From Candidatus Marinacidobacterales bacterium (GTDB lineage Bacteria; Acidobacteriota; Vicinamibacteria; Marinacidobacterales; DATDRI01): DNA of 64,000 bases. The position numbers and the translations under genes are program-made. Positions 46,659-56,207 of the stretch are shown here, piece by piece (the first letter of the stretch is position 1; every line of letters begins with the position of its first letter). Below the pieces are notes generated by a model. It made no database searches. It saw nothing but the letters and a program-made list of their open reading frames with translations, and was not told the origin of the DNA. The stretch lies in assembly GCA_965219415.1 (NCBI GenBank), contig CBDCNP010000002.1:3936001-4000000 (forward strand). Reading direction: 5' to 3'.

Positions 46659-48233
46659 TCAGTTCGTGTATGGAAAATCCTCTCCCGCACCGGCTATCTC
46701 CAAGAACTCGCGACTCCATCGCCGCCGCTTGGGCTCCAAAATCACCCTTTGGCCGTTCCGGTAGATCAGTACCTCGTCCTCACCCTCGAAGCGATACCCC
46801 TTCGGCTGTCGCACGGCTGGATGTGTCCCGAGGTCCGTGGAAAAAGAACGGTGCCCTCCACTCCGTCATCAGGGTATCATATCAGGCGGCAACCTCCGCG
46901 TGTTCGAGAACCTCGCTCAGACGTTGGTAGCCGTCGATGCGTCGTAGTTGAATCTGGCCAGAGGCGATAAGCCCAAACAGCAAAGCGACCGCAGACTCCT
47001 CGCTGGAGAACGACGCTTGGGTTTTCGTCCGGCGTCGAAACTCGCGGTTGAGATTCTCCAGAGCATTGGTCGTTCGAATCGATTTCCACATGGCACGAGG
47101 GAATTCGTAGAAGGTCAGCAGCTGATTACCGGCCTCCTCTAGGCTTCGGACGACGGCCGGCGCGAGAGGCGTCCACTTGGCGACGAGCTCGTCATAGGCT
47201 TTGCGAGCATCGAACCCGTTCTTGGCGTAGACGATCCGGTTGTAGTCACGCCGGAGCTTACGGCGTGCGTGCGCCGGGCAATGTTGGAGCAAGTTGGCGT
47301 GCTTGTGCTCGGTACATCGCTGCAACCGGCACCCCGGCCACTTCTCCAGCGCTTTCGTCAGCCCCTTGTGGCCGTCGCTGATCACTAGCTTGGGAGCCCG
47401 GAGTCCTCGAGCCTGGAGTCCCTCCAGCACGGAGCCCCAATGCGTCGAGGCTTCGCTCACCGCCAGACGCAATGACAACAGACGTTTGTGCCCGTCTGGC
47501 GCGACCCCGAGCGCGGCCAGTACGGGTACGCTGATCACACGTTTCGCCATCCGCACTTTCAGGTGGAAGCCGTCCAGGTAAACGATCGCGTAGACCTCCT
47601 CGCTGAGAGCACGGTTCTGCCATTCCTCGAAGCGCTCCTTCAGCCGGCTAACCACGCGAGACACCGCGCTCTTCGATAGGTGCTCCTCACCGAGCAGTGG
47701 TTTCAGCGCTTTGCGGACCCGGCGGCTATTCGCGCCCGACAAGTACGTCCCCAAGAGCGCCTCGTCGACCTCACGAGTCCGGCGCGCGTACCGGGGCAAC
47801 AGCTCGCTCCTGAACTCTGTCGTTTCTCCCGTTTCCTCGTCTCGCACGCGGGCTCGTGGCACCCGGAGCTCGCGAGTTCCCACCGACGTCGTCACGCGAC
47901 GGGTTTCGGCTCCGTTGCGATATCCACGGCGGTCTTCCGCACGCTCGTAGCTACAACACCCCAGCGCTTGGTCGACTTCTTCCTCGAGCACAACCTCGAT
48001 CACCTCCAGTACCCGCATACGCAGCCGAAGTTGGACGAACTCCCGGTACTCGCTTACAGACTCCTTCAATATGGTGGTAGGCTTCTTCATGGCGTAATCC
48101 TCCTCCTGCCTTTCCAGGCGCGGTTTCGTTTTGCTTAACCGGAGGTTACGCCATTCTTATTTCCACGGGAAGCGGGACGGATCCGCACGGCTTGGCTTCC
48201 GCCACTCTTGAAGAGTTTCGCTCGATCGGGCAT
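46659..48233 (-). pseudogene. vapB: VapB/AbrB-type antitoxin gene split by IS256
   Basis: Removing the IS and one target repeat gives MPDRAKLFKSGGSQAVRQPKGYRFEGEDEVLIYRNGQRVILEP...; RBS GGAGG before ATG 48233. Confidence 0.8.
46819..48184 (-). mobile_element. IS256 family element, complete; transposase 46882-48090
   Basis: GYRNG, VYLDG, VISDGHKGL, QRCTEH, TTNALENLN; IRs GGAT..GTCCCG; 8-bp direct repeat GCACGGCT at 46811-46818 and 48185-48192. Confidence 0.94.
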
Positions 48234-48334
48234 CTGTACCTCCACCTTTTCTATATATGCAAAAAGTACATGGTCTATTGTAGTCGAGAGTGGAGGTGGC
48301 GCCGCAATAATAGAGGACTATCAGAAGGAAACCA

Positions 48335-48860
48335 TCATTTCGTAGGAACCAGACGTTCGAGCTCCTTGAACCAGTTGAGGACGACAATCAGCTCCGTCGC
48401 TCCTGATTCCTCCCCAGCCACGGGTTTGATCATCAAAAACCGGCCGTCGGATCCGACGTCGTATGTGGGCGGAGCTTGGGAGTGCGAGTAGGAGCTTTCG
48501 AACAACACCTTGGAGGCCTCGAACCGAAAATCTGGGTCGGTGAAAACCCGGGCTGTTCTCGAGCCTGAGGGTGATCGGCGACGTGAGACGGGAGCACTTT
48601 AATGGCGACCATTCGATCGAGTCGCGTGCTTGTAGTGGCCGAGTTCGGTTCCGGGGGCTAGTTCCACGCTCTTTACCACCGGTGTGCGAGCAAGAAAGCC
48701 ATTCGCTTCCGCCTCTTCATGATTGGCCAATAGCTCTTCGACTCGCTCTCGCAGTGCATCCTGCTGCGAACAAGCTTCGTCCAGAAAGGCAGCCCGCTCC
48801 CCGGGGGGCGCGCGAGCGCGGCTTCCAGTAGGGATGCAACACGCTCCCAAGAGTCCGGCT
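48335..48860 (-). pseudogene. Ser/Thr kinase-TolB gene collapsed by internal deletions
   Basis: ERAAFLDEAC...LAPGTELGHY / TRLDRMVAIKVLPSHV / VFTDPDFRF...IVVLNWFKELERLVPTK*. Confidence 0.8.
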
Positions 48861-48960
48861 TTAAGTGAGTTGCCTTTTGCGCCTACGGTAGGGCCGAGCG
48901 TGGGCGACCCGCTGTTCTCTTTTTATCGGAGTGAGCGACGCGCTGGCCCTCGTTGCCCAT

Positions 48961-48991
48961 GAAAATAGCTGTACACGAGGCGAAAAGTCAA
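48961..48991 (-). promoter_or_regulatory. Putative sigma70 promoter of the kinase remnant (TTGACT-N18-TATTTT)
   Basis: 31-bp motif repeated with 3 mismatches at 50988-51018. Confidence 0.55.
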
Positions 48992-49035
48992 TTCGGCACT
49001 ATCGATATTGAATCGCTTGTTCGCAACGCGCTTCC

Positions 49036-49092
49036 TGATCTCAGGTACTTTCTAGCCTGATAGGACCGGCCCCAGCCGGTGGCTCCGCTCGC
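49036..49092 (+). repeat. 57-bp direct repeat, copy 1 (upstream of TA pair)
   Basis: TGATCTCAGGTACTTTCTAGCCTGATAGGACCGGCCCCAGCCGGTGGCTCCGCTCGC. Confidence 0.85.
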
Positions 49093-49172
49093 TCGGGCGA
49101 GGTCCGGGTACGCTCCAAAATGGTCCTAAATTGTGACTAGCCGTATAATATGTCTTGTGGTAGACTACATTT

Positions 49173-49400
49173 GTGAAGCGTGCAAAAACCATTGGAGCGG
49201 CTCAGTTTAAGGAGCAGTGTCTGGCGATTCTCGATGAGGTCGGGCCGGAGGGTATCGTGGTGACGAAACACGGAAAGCCGGTGGCGAAACTGATTCCGAT
49301 CGAGGCCGATTCCGCTCACCTCATTGGTTGCCTGAAGGACGAAATTGAAGTGAAGGGAGACATCCTTTCCACGGGCGTGGCGTGGAATGCTGAATCTTGA
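49173..49400 (+). CDS. Phd/YefM family antitoxin
   Basis: IGAAQFKEQCLAILDEV...IVVTKHGKPVAKLIP; TATAAT at 49144. Confidence 0.9.
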   Translation: MKRAKTIGAAQFKEQCLAILDEVGPEGIVVTKHGKPVAKLIPIEADSAHLIGCLKDEIEVKGDILSTGVAWNAES

Positions 49401-49749
49401 TACTCACGTTGTAGTCTTCGCCCTAGCCGGGGCGCTCAACGAAAAGGAAAAAAGGCTTCTTTCGGAGAATCCTTGGAGCATCTCCGCCATCGTTCTATGG
49501 GAGCTTTCGAAACTGGTGCAACTCGGTCGGATTGATGTCGACCTCGAACGGCCCAAGGTCGAACGCGCTCTGAGGCGAATCCACACCTGGCCGTTGACGT
49601 TCGAAATCTGCCGTCAAAGCTGCCGGTTGGATATCAACAGCGATCCCGCCGACGAGATTATCGCAGCGACAAGTATCGTTGAGAACATTCCGCTGGTGAC
49701 GCGCGACCGCACACTTCTTGCCTCGCAGATGATTCCGTTTCCTGCGTGA
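49387..49749 (+). CDS. vapC: VapC/PIN domain toxin
   Basis: LDTHVVV, ISAIVLWE, DPADEIIAAT, LVTRD; overlaps the antitoxin. Confidence 0.9.
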   Translation: MLNLDTHVVVFALAGALNEKEKRLLSENPWSISAIVLWELSKLVQLGRIDVDLERPKVERALRRIHTWPLTFEICRQSCRLDINSDPADEIIAATSIVENIPLVTRDRTLLASQMIPFPA

Positions 49750-49799
49750 TAATTCGTAGTCAGCGAACCTGACCCGAGAGTACTCGCCGGGAACCCCCT

Positions 49800-49856
49800 T
49801 GATCTCAGGTACTTTCTAGCCTAATAGGACCGGCCCCAGCCGGTGGTTCCGCTTGC
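49800..49856 (+). repeat. 57-bp direct repeat, copy 2 (downstream of TA pair)
   Basis: 3 mismatches to 49036-49092. Confidence 0.85.
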
Positions 49857-49887
49857 CCGTCGGGTGGAGAGCTTACTTGGGAGAAGA

Positions 49888-50974
49888 TGCCTTGGTGCAC
49901 AACTCGCGATCTCGGTCCACAATTGTCCTGTACTCGCGGATACGAGGTTCCCCATGAGCATTTTCAAACGCACTCAGCGGAAGTATGTGAAGAAGGCCTA
50001 TCGCGTGAGGAATTGGCGTGAATATGAGGCGGGTCTACGCAACCGCGGGAGCCTGACCGTCTGGATCTCGCTCACCGCCGGCAAGCTTGTGAACTGGGAC
50101 GCGCCCCGGCCAAGGAGGAGGAAACCGGGCCGTCAACGCAAGTACTCGAACCACGCCATCGAGACGGCTGTCACCCTGGGCATGGTGTTTCATCTGTCAT
50201 CTAGGCAGAGCGAGGGATTGCTGCGGTCGTTGTTCGCTCTGATGAAGCTAGACAATGATGTGCCCGATCACACCACGATCTCGAGGCGCAAGCCGAAGCT
50301 GGGTAAGGTCCCCTTCTACCCAGTCAAGCAGAAGACGCCGTTGCACATCTTGTTCGACAGCAGCGGTCTCGCTGTCCACGCCGGCCAGCTGCGCAGAGCA
50401 CAAAAGAGCAGGGACTATCGCAAGCTCCATCTGTGTGTCGACGAGCAGAGTGGCGAAGTCGTCGCCGGCGAGCTGACGAGCAAAAGAGCCCGCGATTCAT
50501 CGCGGGTTGCATCGCTTGTCGGACAGATCGACAGTCCCATCTCATCGGCCAGAGCTGACACCGCATACGACGCCGGCGGCGTCTATGAGGCAATCGAGAA
50601 TCACAGCGCTCATCGCTCGCCGAGGGTGCTGATACCGCCGCGCAAGGGCGCCCTGCTCGCATCGGGGCCGGCGAGCAGCCGACAGCGCAATCGCAACATT
50701 GCAGCACAAGCTCGGCTCGGCAAACGAAAGTGGCACACAGAATCGGGCTACAGCAAACGGAGCAAAGTCGAGACAACGTTCCATCGCTACAAGGCTATCG
50801 TGGGCTCAGCGATGCGAGCGAGAGGGTTGGCGGCACAGAGAGGTGAGGCAAGGATCGGGTGCAAGATTCTCAACACCATGACGGCGCTCGGGATGCCTGA
50901 TAGCGAGATGATCGGATGATGGGAGTCGGGGCCAAGCGAGCTCTCGGCCTCTATCGGAGTTGTGCACCAAGGCA
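49888..50974 (+). mobile_element. IS5 (IS903 group) copy 4; transposase 49954-50919
   Basis: Near-identical to copies 1-3. Confidence 0.93.
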
Positions 50975-50987
50975 ACCAAGTTGTGCT

Positions 50988-51018
50988 GAAAATAGCTGTA
51001 TACAGGGCGAAAAGTCAA
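50988..51018 (-). promoter_or_regulatory. Putative promoter, orphaned copy of the kinase upstream motif
   Basis: TTGACTTTTCGCCCTGTATACAGCTATTTTC, now pointing into IS5 copy 4. Confidence 0.55.
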
Positions 51019-51123
51019 TCCTGCGTTGGTATCACTGGGAAGCTACTGCGTCTGGACCGAGTAACGAAAGGTAACAGCTCCCAGCACTCGACATGTATAG
51101 TGCATGCCTATTAAGCTTGCCTT

Positions 51124-51354
51124 ATGCGGACAACGGTAGAGATCAAGGACGAACAATACGCCAGACTGCTCGCGCTTGCCGCCCAGCGTGGCGAGAAGGG
51201 CGTTTCGAAGCTGGTACAGGAAGCGCTCGAGAAGTACATCGAGGACCACGACCGCCGGGTCCGGGACGCGATATCCGTCCTGGGCAGACTCGACGAAGAA
51301 ACCGCTCGGGAGCTCGAGGCGACTAGTCAGCGTTTGACGAAAACGTGGCGCTGA
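51124..51354 (+). CDS. Ribbon-helix-helix antitoxin-like protein, orphan
   Basis: MRTTVEIKDEQYARLLALAAQRGEKGVSKLVQEALE; no toxin ORF follows. Confidence 0.7.
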   Translation: MRTTVEIKDEQYARLLALAAQRGEKGVSKLVQEALEKYIEDHDRRVRDAISVLGRLDEETARELEATSQRLTKTWR

Positions 51355-51380
51355 TCCTTGAAATCTAGCTAGAGTCGGAG

Positions 51381-54300
51381 CTATCTCGTTTCGCCTGGGG
51401 CCTCGCCGGCGACGACCGCGGGGACTCCGCTCTCGGTCGCTAATCGATTGAGCGCCGGGATCTCGTTGGACAACATCTCGTCGAGGTTCGCGTACTGCGT
51501 GCGGATGCGCTCCAGGAGGCTGTCGTACACGTCGTACGACTGTTTGGTCGGGGCGCGGTCGGAGTTGGCCACCACGCCGATGAGCAACGAGAGCTTGTTG
51601 TCGAGCTGCGTGGGATAGTGGAAGACGTCCCCCCCGGCTCCGGAGGCGTCGCCTCCGGTCTGCATGCGAGGTTCGATCAGGCTTCCTTCGATCGACGCGA
51701 GCTTTTCTTCCAGGTTTTTGCTGGCTGCGGCGACGCGCTCGGCGTCTAACTTCGTGGCCCTCTGCCGAAGAGCCGATAGCTCATCCTTCAAGCGCCGAAG
51801 CTCGAGAACGGTTTGGGTGATGGTGGAGAGAGAGTCCACGAGCTGCTGGTGGAAGTCGAACTGGGCACGGAGCTCCTCGGCGCCGGTCTGGACGCGGGGG
51901 TCTTGCTTGACCTCGAGTGGAGCGCTCAGGGCAACTCCCTCGGCTTCGATGCGGACGGTGTAGCTACCGGGCATCGCCGATGCGCCCACCGGTGGAGTGG
52001 GTGGCGGATGCATGAAGAGCACGTGACCCGGTATGAGCTCCGGGCCAGGGTAGCGTAGGTCCCAGACGAAGCGGTTGAGGCCTGCGTCCGTGCCGACGAG
52101 CGATGTTTTGCTGTAGGGCTCTCTGGCACTGGCCTCACTCGAGAAAGTCTGCACCAAATTGCCGGCGGCATCCAAGACGGAGATCTTCACATCGCCGCTC
52201 GGCTCGCTCCCCAAGCTGTAATAGATAACGGCGCCGGGCGGAGGATTCTCCCCGTGAGGGAGTCGTTCTCGGCCGAACTCATCGCGGACCCGGTAAGCGG
52301 GGCTCGGCGCGAATAGGTGGACGGGTTCCGCAGCGGTCTCGGCGCTTAGCGTCCGGAGGGGACTGACGTCGTCCAGAACCCAGAAGGCACGCCCGTGGGT
52401 TGCGACGACCAAGTCATTGTCTTTGAGGGCCAGGTCCCAGACCGGGGTCACGGGCAAGTTGAGTTGCAAAGACTGCCAAGTCGCGCCGTCGTCGAAGGAG
52501 ACATAGATCCCAGTCTCGGTGCCGGCGTAGAGCAATCCACGGCGGACATCGTCTTCGCGCACCACGCGGACGAACGTTCCATCCGGAATGCCGTTGCCGA
52601 CGACTTGCCAGGTCGCACCGAAGTCACTGGTCTTATAGATGTAGGGTTTGTAGTCGTTGAGCTCGTGGCGATCGATGGCGAGGTAGGCCGCCCCGGGCTC
52701 GTGGGGCGAGGCGTCGATCATGCCGACGCGGCTCCACTCGGGCAGGTTCGCCGGAGTCACGTCGGACCAGTTCTCTCCACCGTCCCGGCTTAGATGCACC
52801 AAGCCGTCATCGGTCCCCGCCCAAAGGAGTCCCTTCCGTACGGGTGACTCGTCGAAAGCATAAATGGTTCCGTAGACTTCGGTACCCACGTTGTCCTTGG
52901 TGATGGGGCCGCCGGCCGACTCCTGTTTACTCTTGTCGTTTCGGCTGAGGTCGGGGGTGATGGCTTCCCAACTCATCCCTTCGTCGGTGGACCGGTGGAC
53001 GACGTTCGAAGTCATGTAGAGCACGTTGGGGTCGTGAGGTGAGATCAGAATCGGTGCGGTCCACTGAAACCGGTACTTCGCGTCGGCGGCAGCGTGGCCG
53101 ATGTTGGTCTCGGGCCAAGGCTCGATCGACTGATTTCTTCCGGTCCGTCGATCGAACCGGCTGATGCCTCCATCGGTGCACCCGGCGTAAACGATGTCCG
53201 CGTTCCGTGGATCGGGCGCCGCCCATCCCATTTCGCAACCGCCCACCGCATACCAATCGGTCCGCGCGATGCCGGCGCCCACGCCACGGCTGGCGATGGC
53301 GAGGGTTCCCCAGTCTTGCTGCCCGCCATAGATGTGGTAGGGGAATTGGTTATCGGTAATGACGCGATAGAACTGTGCCAGCGGCTGGTTGTCGTCGGAG
53401 CGGGACCATGTGCGGCCACCGTTTACCGAAATGTTGGCGCCTCCATCGTTACCGTTGATGAGGCGCTTCGGGTTTTCGGGATCGATCCAAAGCGCCATGT
53501 TGTCCACGTGGAACTGATCGACGCGCTCGAAGTGGAGCCCTCCGTCCACCGACTTCATGAAGTAAATGTTCATCACGTAGACGACGTCCCGGTTCTTGAG
53601 GTCGGGGATAACGCGCATGAAGTACCAGGCGCGCTGGGTCAAGGCGTTATGTTCGTTGATGTTCTTCCACGACCGCCCACCGTCGTCCGATCGGTAAAGG
53701 CCGCCATCTTCCGCTTCGGCCTCGATGATCGCGAAGACACGGTTGGAGTCGGCCGGGGAGACGGCGACCCCGATCTTACCCAGGACGCCTTCGGGAAGGC
53801 CGTTGCCCTCCAACTTCGTCCATGTATCGCCGCCGTCATGGGAACGATAGAGGCCGCTTCCCGGACCGCCGCTCACGAAATTCCAGGGTGTTCTGACGAT
53901 CTGCCAGGTGGAGGCGAACAGGATTCGAGGGTTTCCGGGATCGAAGGCCACGTCGACGGCACCGGTCTTGGAATCGACGTAGAGGATCTTCTCCCAATTC
54001 TCGCCACCATCCTGACTTCGAAAAAGACCCCTCTCCTCGTTCTCGCCGTAGAAGTGGCCGACGGCAGCCACGTAAACGAGATCCGGATCTCGCGGGTGGA
54101 CGATGACGCGACCGATGTGCCGAGTGTCCGAGAGCCCCATGTTGTTCCACGTTCTGCCCGCATCGGTCGACTTGTACACACCGTCGCCGTGGGAGACGTT
54201 GCCGCGGATCCGCGGGTCGCCGGAGCCGACGTAGATGATATTCGGGTCGGAGGGTGCGATGGCTAACGAGCCGATGGCCGACACGGGCTGCCCGTCGAAA

Positions 54301-54548
54301 ATCGGATTCCAGGTAGCCCCGGCGTCGGTCGTCTTCCACACGCCACCGCCGGGAGTGCCGAAGTAGTAGGTGGTCGGGTCTCCGGGAATACCGGCGACGG
54401 TGTTGACGCGTCCACCGCGGAAGGGCCCTACCAAACGATAGCGAAGTCCCTGAAGAGCGTTCTCGGGTACGGGTGCCGAAAAAACAAGAGGCGTTGCCAT
54501 GCAGACAAAGCTGCACAGCAACGCCCCGAGGACTCGCAGCGACGGCAT
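51381..54548 (-). CDS. VPS10/BNR-repeat secreted protein (glycosyl hydrolase-like propeller)
   Basis: GPFRGGR, many S.DGG.TW Asp-boxes, GGQQDWG, RFQWTAP, ATHGRAFW. Confidence 0.88.
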   Translation of the reverse strand: MPSLRVLGALLCSFVCMATPLVFSAPVPENALQGLRYRLVGPFRGGRVNTVAGIPGDPTTYYFGTPGGGVWKTTDAGATWNPIFDGQPVSAIGSLAIAPSDPNIIYVGSGDPRIRGNVSHGDGVYKSTDAGRTWNNMGLSDTRHIGRVIVHPRDPDLVYVAAVGHFYGENEERGLFRSQDGGENWEKILYVDSKTGAVDVAFDPGNPRILFASTWQIVRTPWNFVSGGPGSGLYRSHDGGDTWTKLEGNGLPEGVLGKIGVAVSPADSNRVFAIIEAEAEDGGLYRSDDGGRSWKNINEHNALTQRAWYFMRVIPDLKNRDVVYVMNIYFMKSVDGGLHFERVDQFHVDNMALWIDPENPKRLINGNDGGANISVNGGRTWSRSDDNQPLAQFYRVITDNQFPYHIYGGQQDWGTLAIASRGVGAGIARTDWYAVGGCEMGWAAPDPRNADIVYAGCTDGGISRFDRRTGRNQSIEPWPETNIGHAAADAKYRFQWTAPILISPHDPNVLYMTSNVVHRSTDEGMSWEAITPDLSRNDKSKQESAGGPITKDNVGTEVYGTIYAFDESPVRKGLLWAGTDDGLVHLSRDGGENWSDVTPANLPEWSRVGMIDASPHEPGAAYLAIDRHELNDYKPYIYKTSDFGATWQVVGNGIPDGTFVRVVREDDVRRGLLYAGTETGIYVSFDDGATWQSLQLNLPVTPVWDLALKDNDLVVATHGRAFWVLDDVSPLRTLSAETAAEPVHLFAPSPAYRVRDEFGRERLPHGENPPPGAVIYYSLGSEPSGDVKISVLDAAGNLVQTFSSEASAREPYSKTSLVGTDAGLNRFVWDLRYPGPELIPGHVLFMHPPPTPPVGASAMPGSYTVRIEAEGVALSAPLEVKQDPRVQTGAEELRAQFDFHQQLVDSLSTITQTVLELRRLKDELSALRQRATKLDAERVAAASKNLEEKLASIEGSLIEPRMQTGGDASGAGGDVFHYPTQLDNKLSLLIGVVANSDRAPTKQSYDVYDSLLERIRTQYANLDEMLSNEIPALNRLATESGVPAVVAGEAPGETR

Positions 54549-54554
54549 CGTTTT

Positions 54555-56204
54555 CTAATGGTCCGAGGCCGCGCTCCCGACGATCTCCGGCCACAACTCC
54601 ATAACCTCGTTGTCGTAGCCGGTCATCTCCCACCGGATGAGCGTCACCGGGATAACTCCCTTCGAGAGAAACTCATCATGGAACTCTCCGAGGTCGAACT
54701 TGTCCCCGAGCTGGAACGCCCGCTCGGAAACGAGCTGCTCGATCTGTATCTTTCCCATGAGGTAGGAGCTTCCAGAGCCGGGCGTCCGCAAGTAGTTCTT
54801 GAGGTCGTAGCGTCCCAGGTTCTCTTCCATGAAGGGGACGTAGCGGATCATGTACTGGTTGGCTTCGTCCAGCGACATCTCGCCGCTATGCATCCCGGTT
54901 TCGGCGAAGACGCGGCTCCCTCTCTTGATGAGAGCAATATAGTTCAGCTCTTTCGCACGGGGGTTGCTGTCCGTGATGCCTGCCTGAATGAAGAGCTCTT
55001 CTAAATACGTTCCCCACCCTTCACCGCGAGGTGTGTCACGGTAGGACTTGCGGATGGGATTCGTGAGGTGTTCCCGAAGCTTGGCGTCGAATCGGTGGCC
55101 GGGGATCGAAGCATGAACATGGTTGTTGATAGCGTTCCGAAACTGAAGCTCTTCCCAAAAGTGCCGCCTCGTCTCCGCTCTCGGGCTCCAGTAGGTGTCG
55201 GTCTCGAACTCGGGCGGCATGTAGTCGGGGATGGTCATTAGGTTGAGCTGCTCGATGGTAGTGCGGATCTGCATTTCCGCCAGTCGCGTCCTTGCCTCGT
55301 GCTCTTCGGCGTTTTGCGTCAACTCGAGCTCGGGTAGGTGTTGGTTCTTGGCGCGGTCGACGATGTAGGCCCACCGGAAGCGATCGAGCTCTCGTTTTCC
55401 GAGGAGCTTCACGTCATCCATCGTATAGGGCAAGAGGCGGACGTTGCGGATATACCAGGTGAAGTTATCGTCGCCAACGGCAGCCGAGAAGGGCATTTTG
55501 TCGAAGTTGGCCTTGAGCCAATCGCGGTAGCCCTCGACGGCGGCGGTCGCCTTTTGGCAATCTTCGACCAGATCCGAGCCGTCTTGTTGTAGGCGTGCGC
55601 AAAGGTCCTTGTACCAACCGATTCTGCCATCCGGGGGAGCGGCTCGGAATGGCTCACGCTGTCCCACACCATCGAAATTCTCCAGATGAAAGATGGCTAG
55701 GGCGGCCAGCTCGCCCCGCGGTTCGGTCAGATTGGACTCTGCTTCTTTCATGATGCTCGGAACCGCCTTGAGGTGCGCTTCGAACTCCGCTTGCTTGGCG
55801 AGGGGAATCGAAACTTCGGTAAAGGGGAGACGACTCACCCGGTCGTAGTACCTCATCGGGTCTCGGGCCCATGGCTTGAGGACCCGATGTGAAAACTCCA
55901 GAGCGTTGACCTTGGCCCAAACCAGCAGGTAGTCCACTTTCTTGGGGACCGACCAGGAGCTCGTATCCAAGGCTCTCAGCCGCTGCTTGAATTTTTCGAG
56001 GCCTTCTTTTTGCGCCCGGATGGCGGCAGCGCCTTTGATCTCGGGGTCGCCGTAGTTCGGGGTCGTATAGCGCATCCTGGGTTTCGCGAACTCGAAAAAT
56101 TCCTGATCGAATTTCAAGAGGTCGTCGTAGCTGCTCTGCGCAAAAACCGGCAGGCAGATGACAATGATCGCAATCGTGAGTGGGAAAACTCTTGACCGTT
56201 TCAT
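54555..56204 (-). CDS. DUF885 family protein
   Basis: H..IPGH, EGWGTYLEE, YLMGKIQI, FDLGEFHDEFL..G.IP. Confidence 0.82.
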   Translation of the reverse strand: MKRSRVFPLTIAIIVICLPVFAQSSYDDLLKFDQEFFEFAKPRMRYTTPNYGDPEIKGAAAIRAQKEGLEKFKQRLRALDTSSWSVPKKVDYLLVWAKVNALEFSHRVLKPWARDPMRYYDRVSRLPFTEVSIPLAKQAEFEAHLKAVPSIMKEAESNLTEPRGELAALAIFHLENFDGVGQREPFRAAPPDGRIGWYKDLCARLQQDGSDLVEDCQKATAAVEGYRDWLKANFDKMPFSAAVGDDNFTWYIRNVRLLPYTMDDVKLLGKRELDRFRWAYIVDRAKNQHLPELELTQNAEEHEARTRLAEMQIRTTIEQLNLMTIPDYMPPEFETDTYWSPRAETRRHFWEELQFRNAINNHVHASIPGHRFDAKLREHLTNPIRKSYRDTPRGEGWGTYLEELFIQAGITDSNPRAKELNYIALIKRGSRVFAETGMHSGEMSLDEANQYMIRYVPFMEENLGRYDLKNYLRTPGSGSSYLMGKIQIEQLVSERAFQLGDKFDLGEFHDEFLSKGVIPVTLIRWEMTGYDNEVMELWPEIVGSAASDH

Positions 56205-56207
56205 AAC

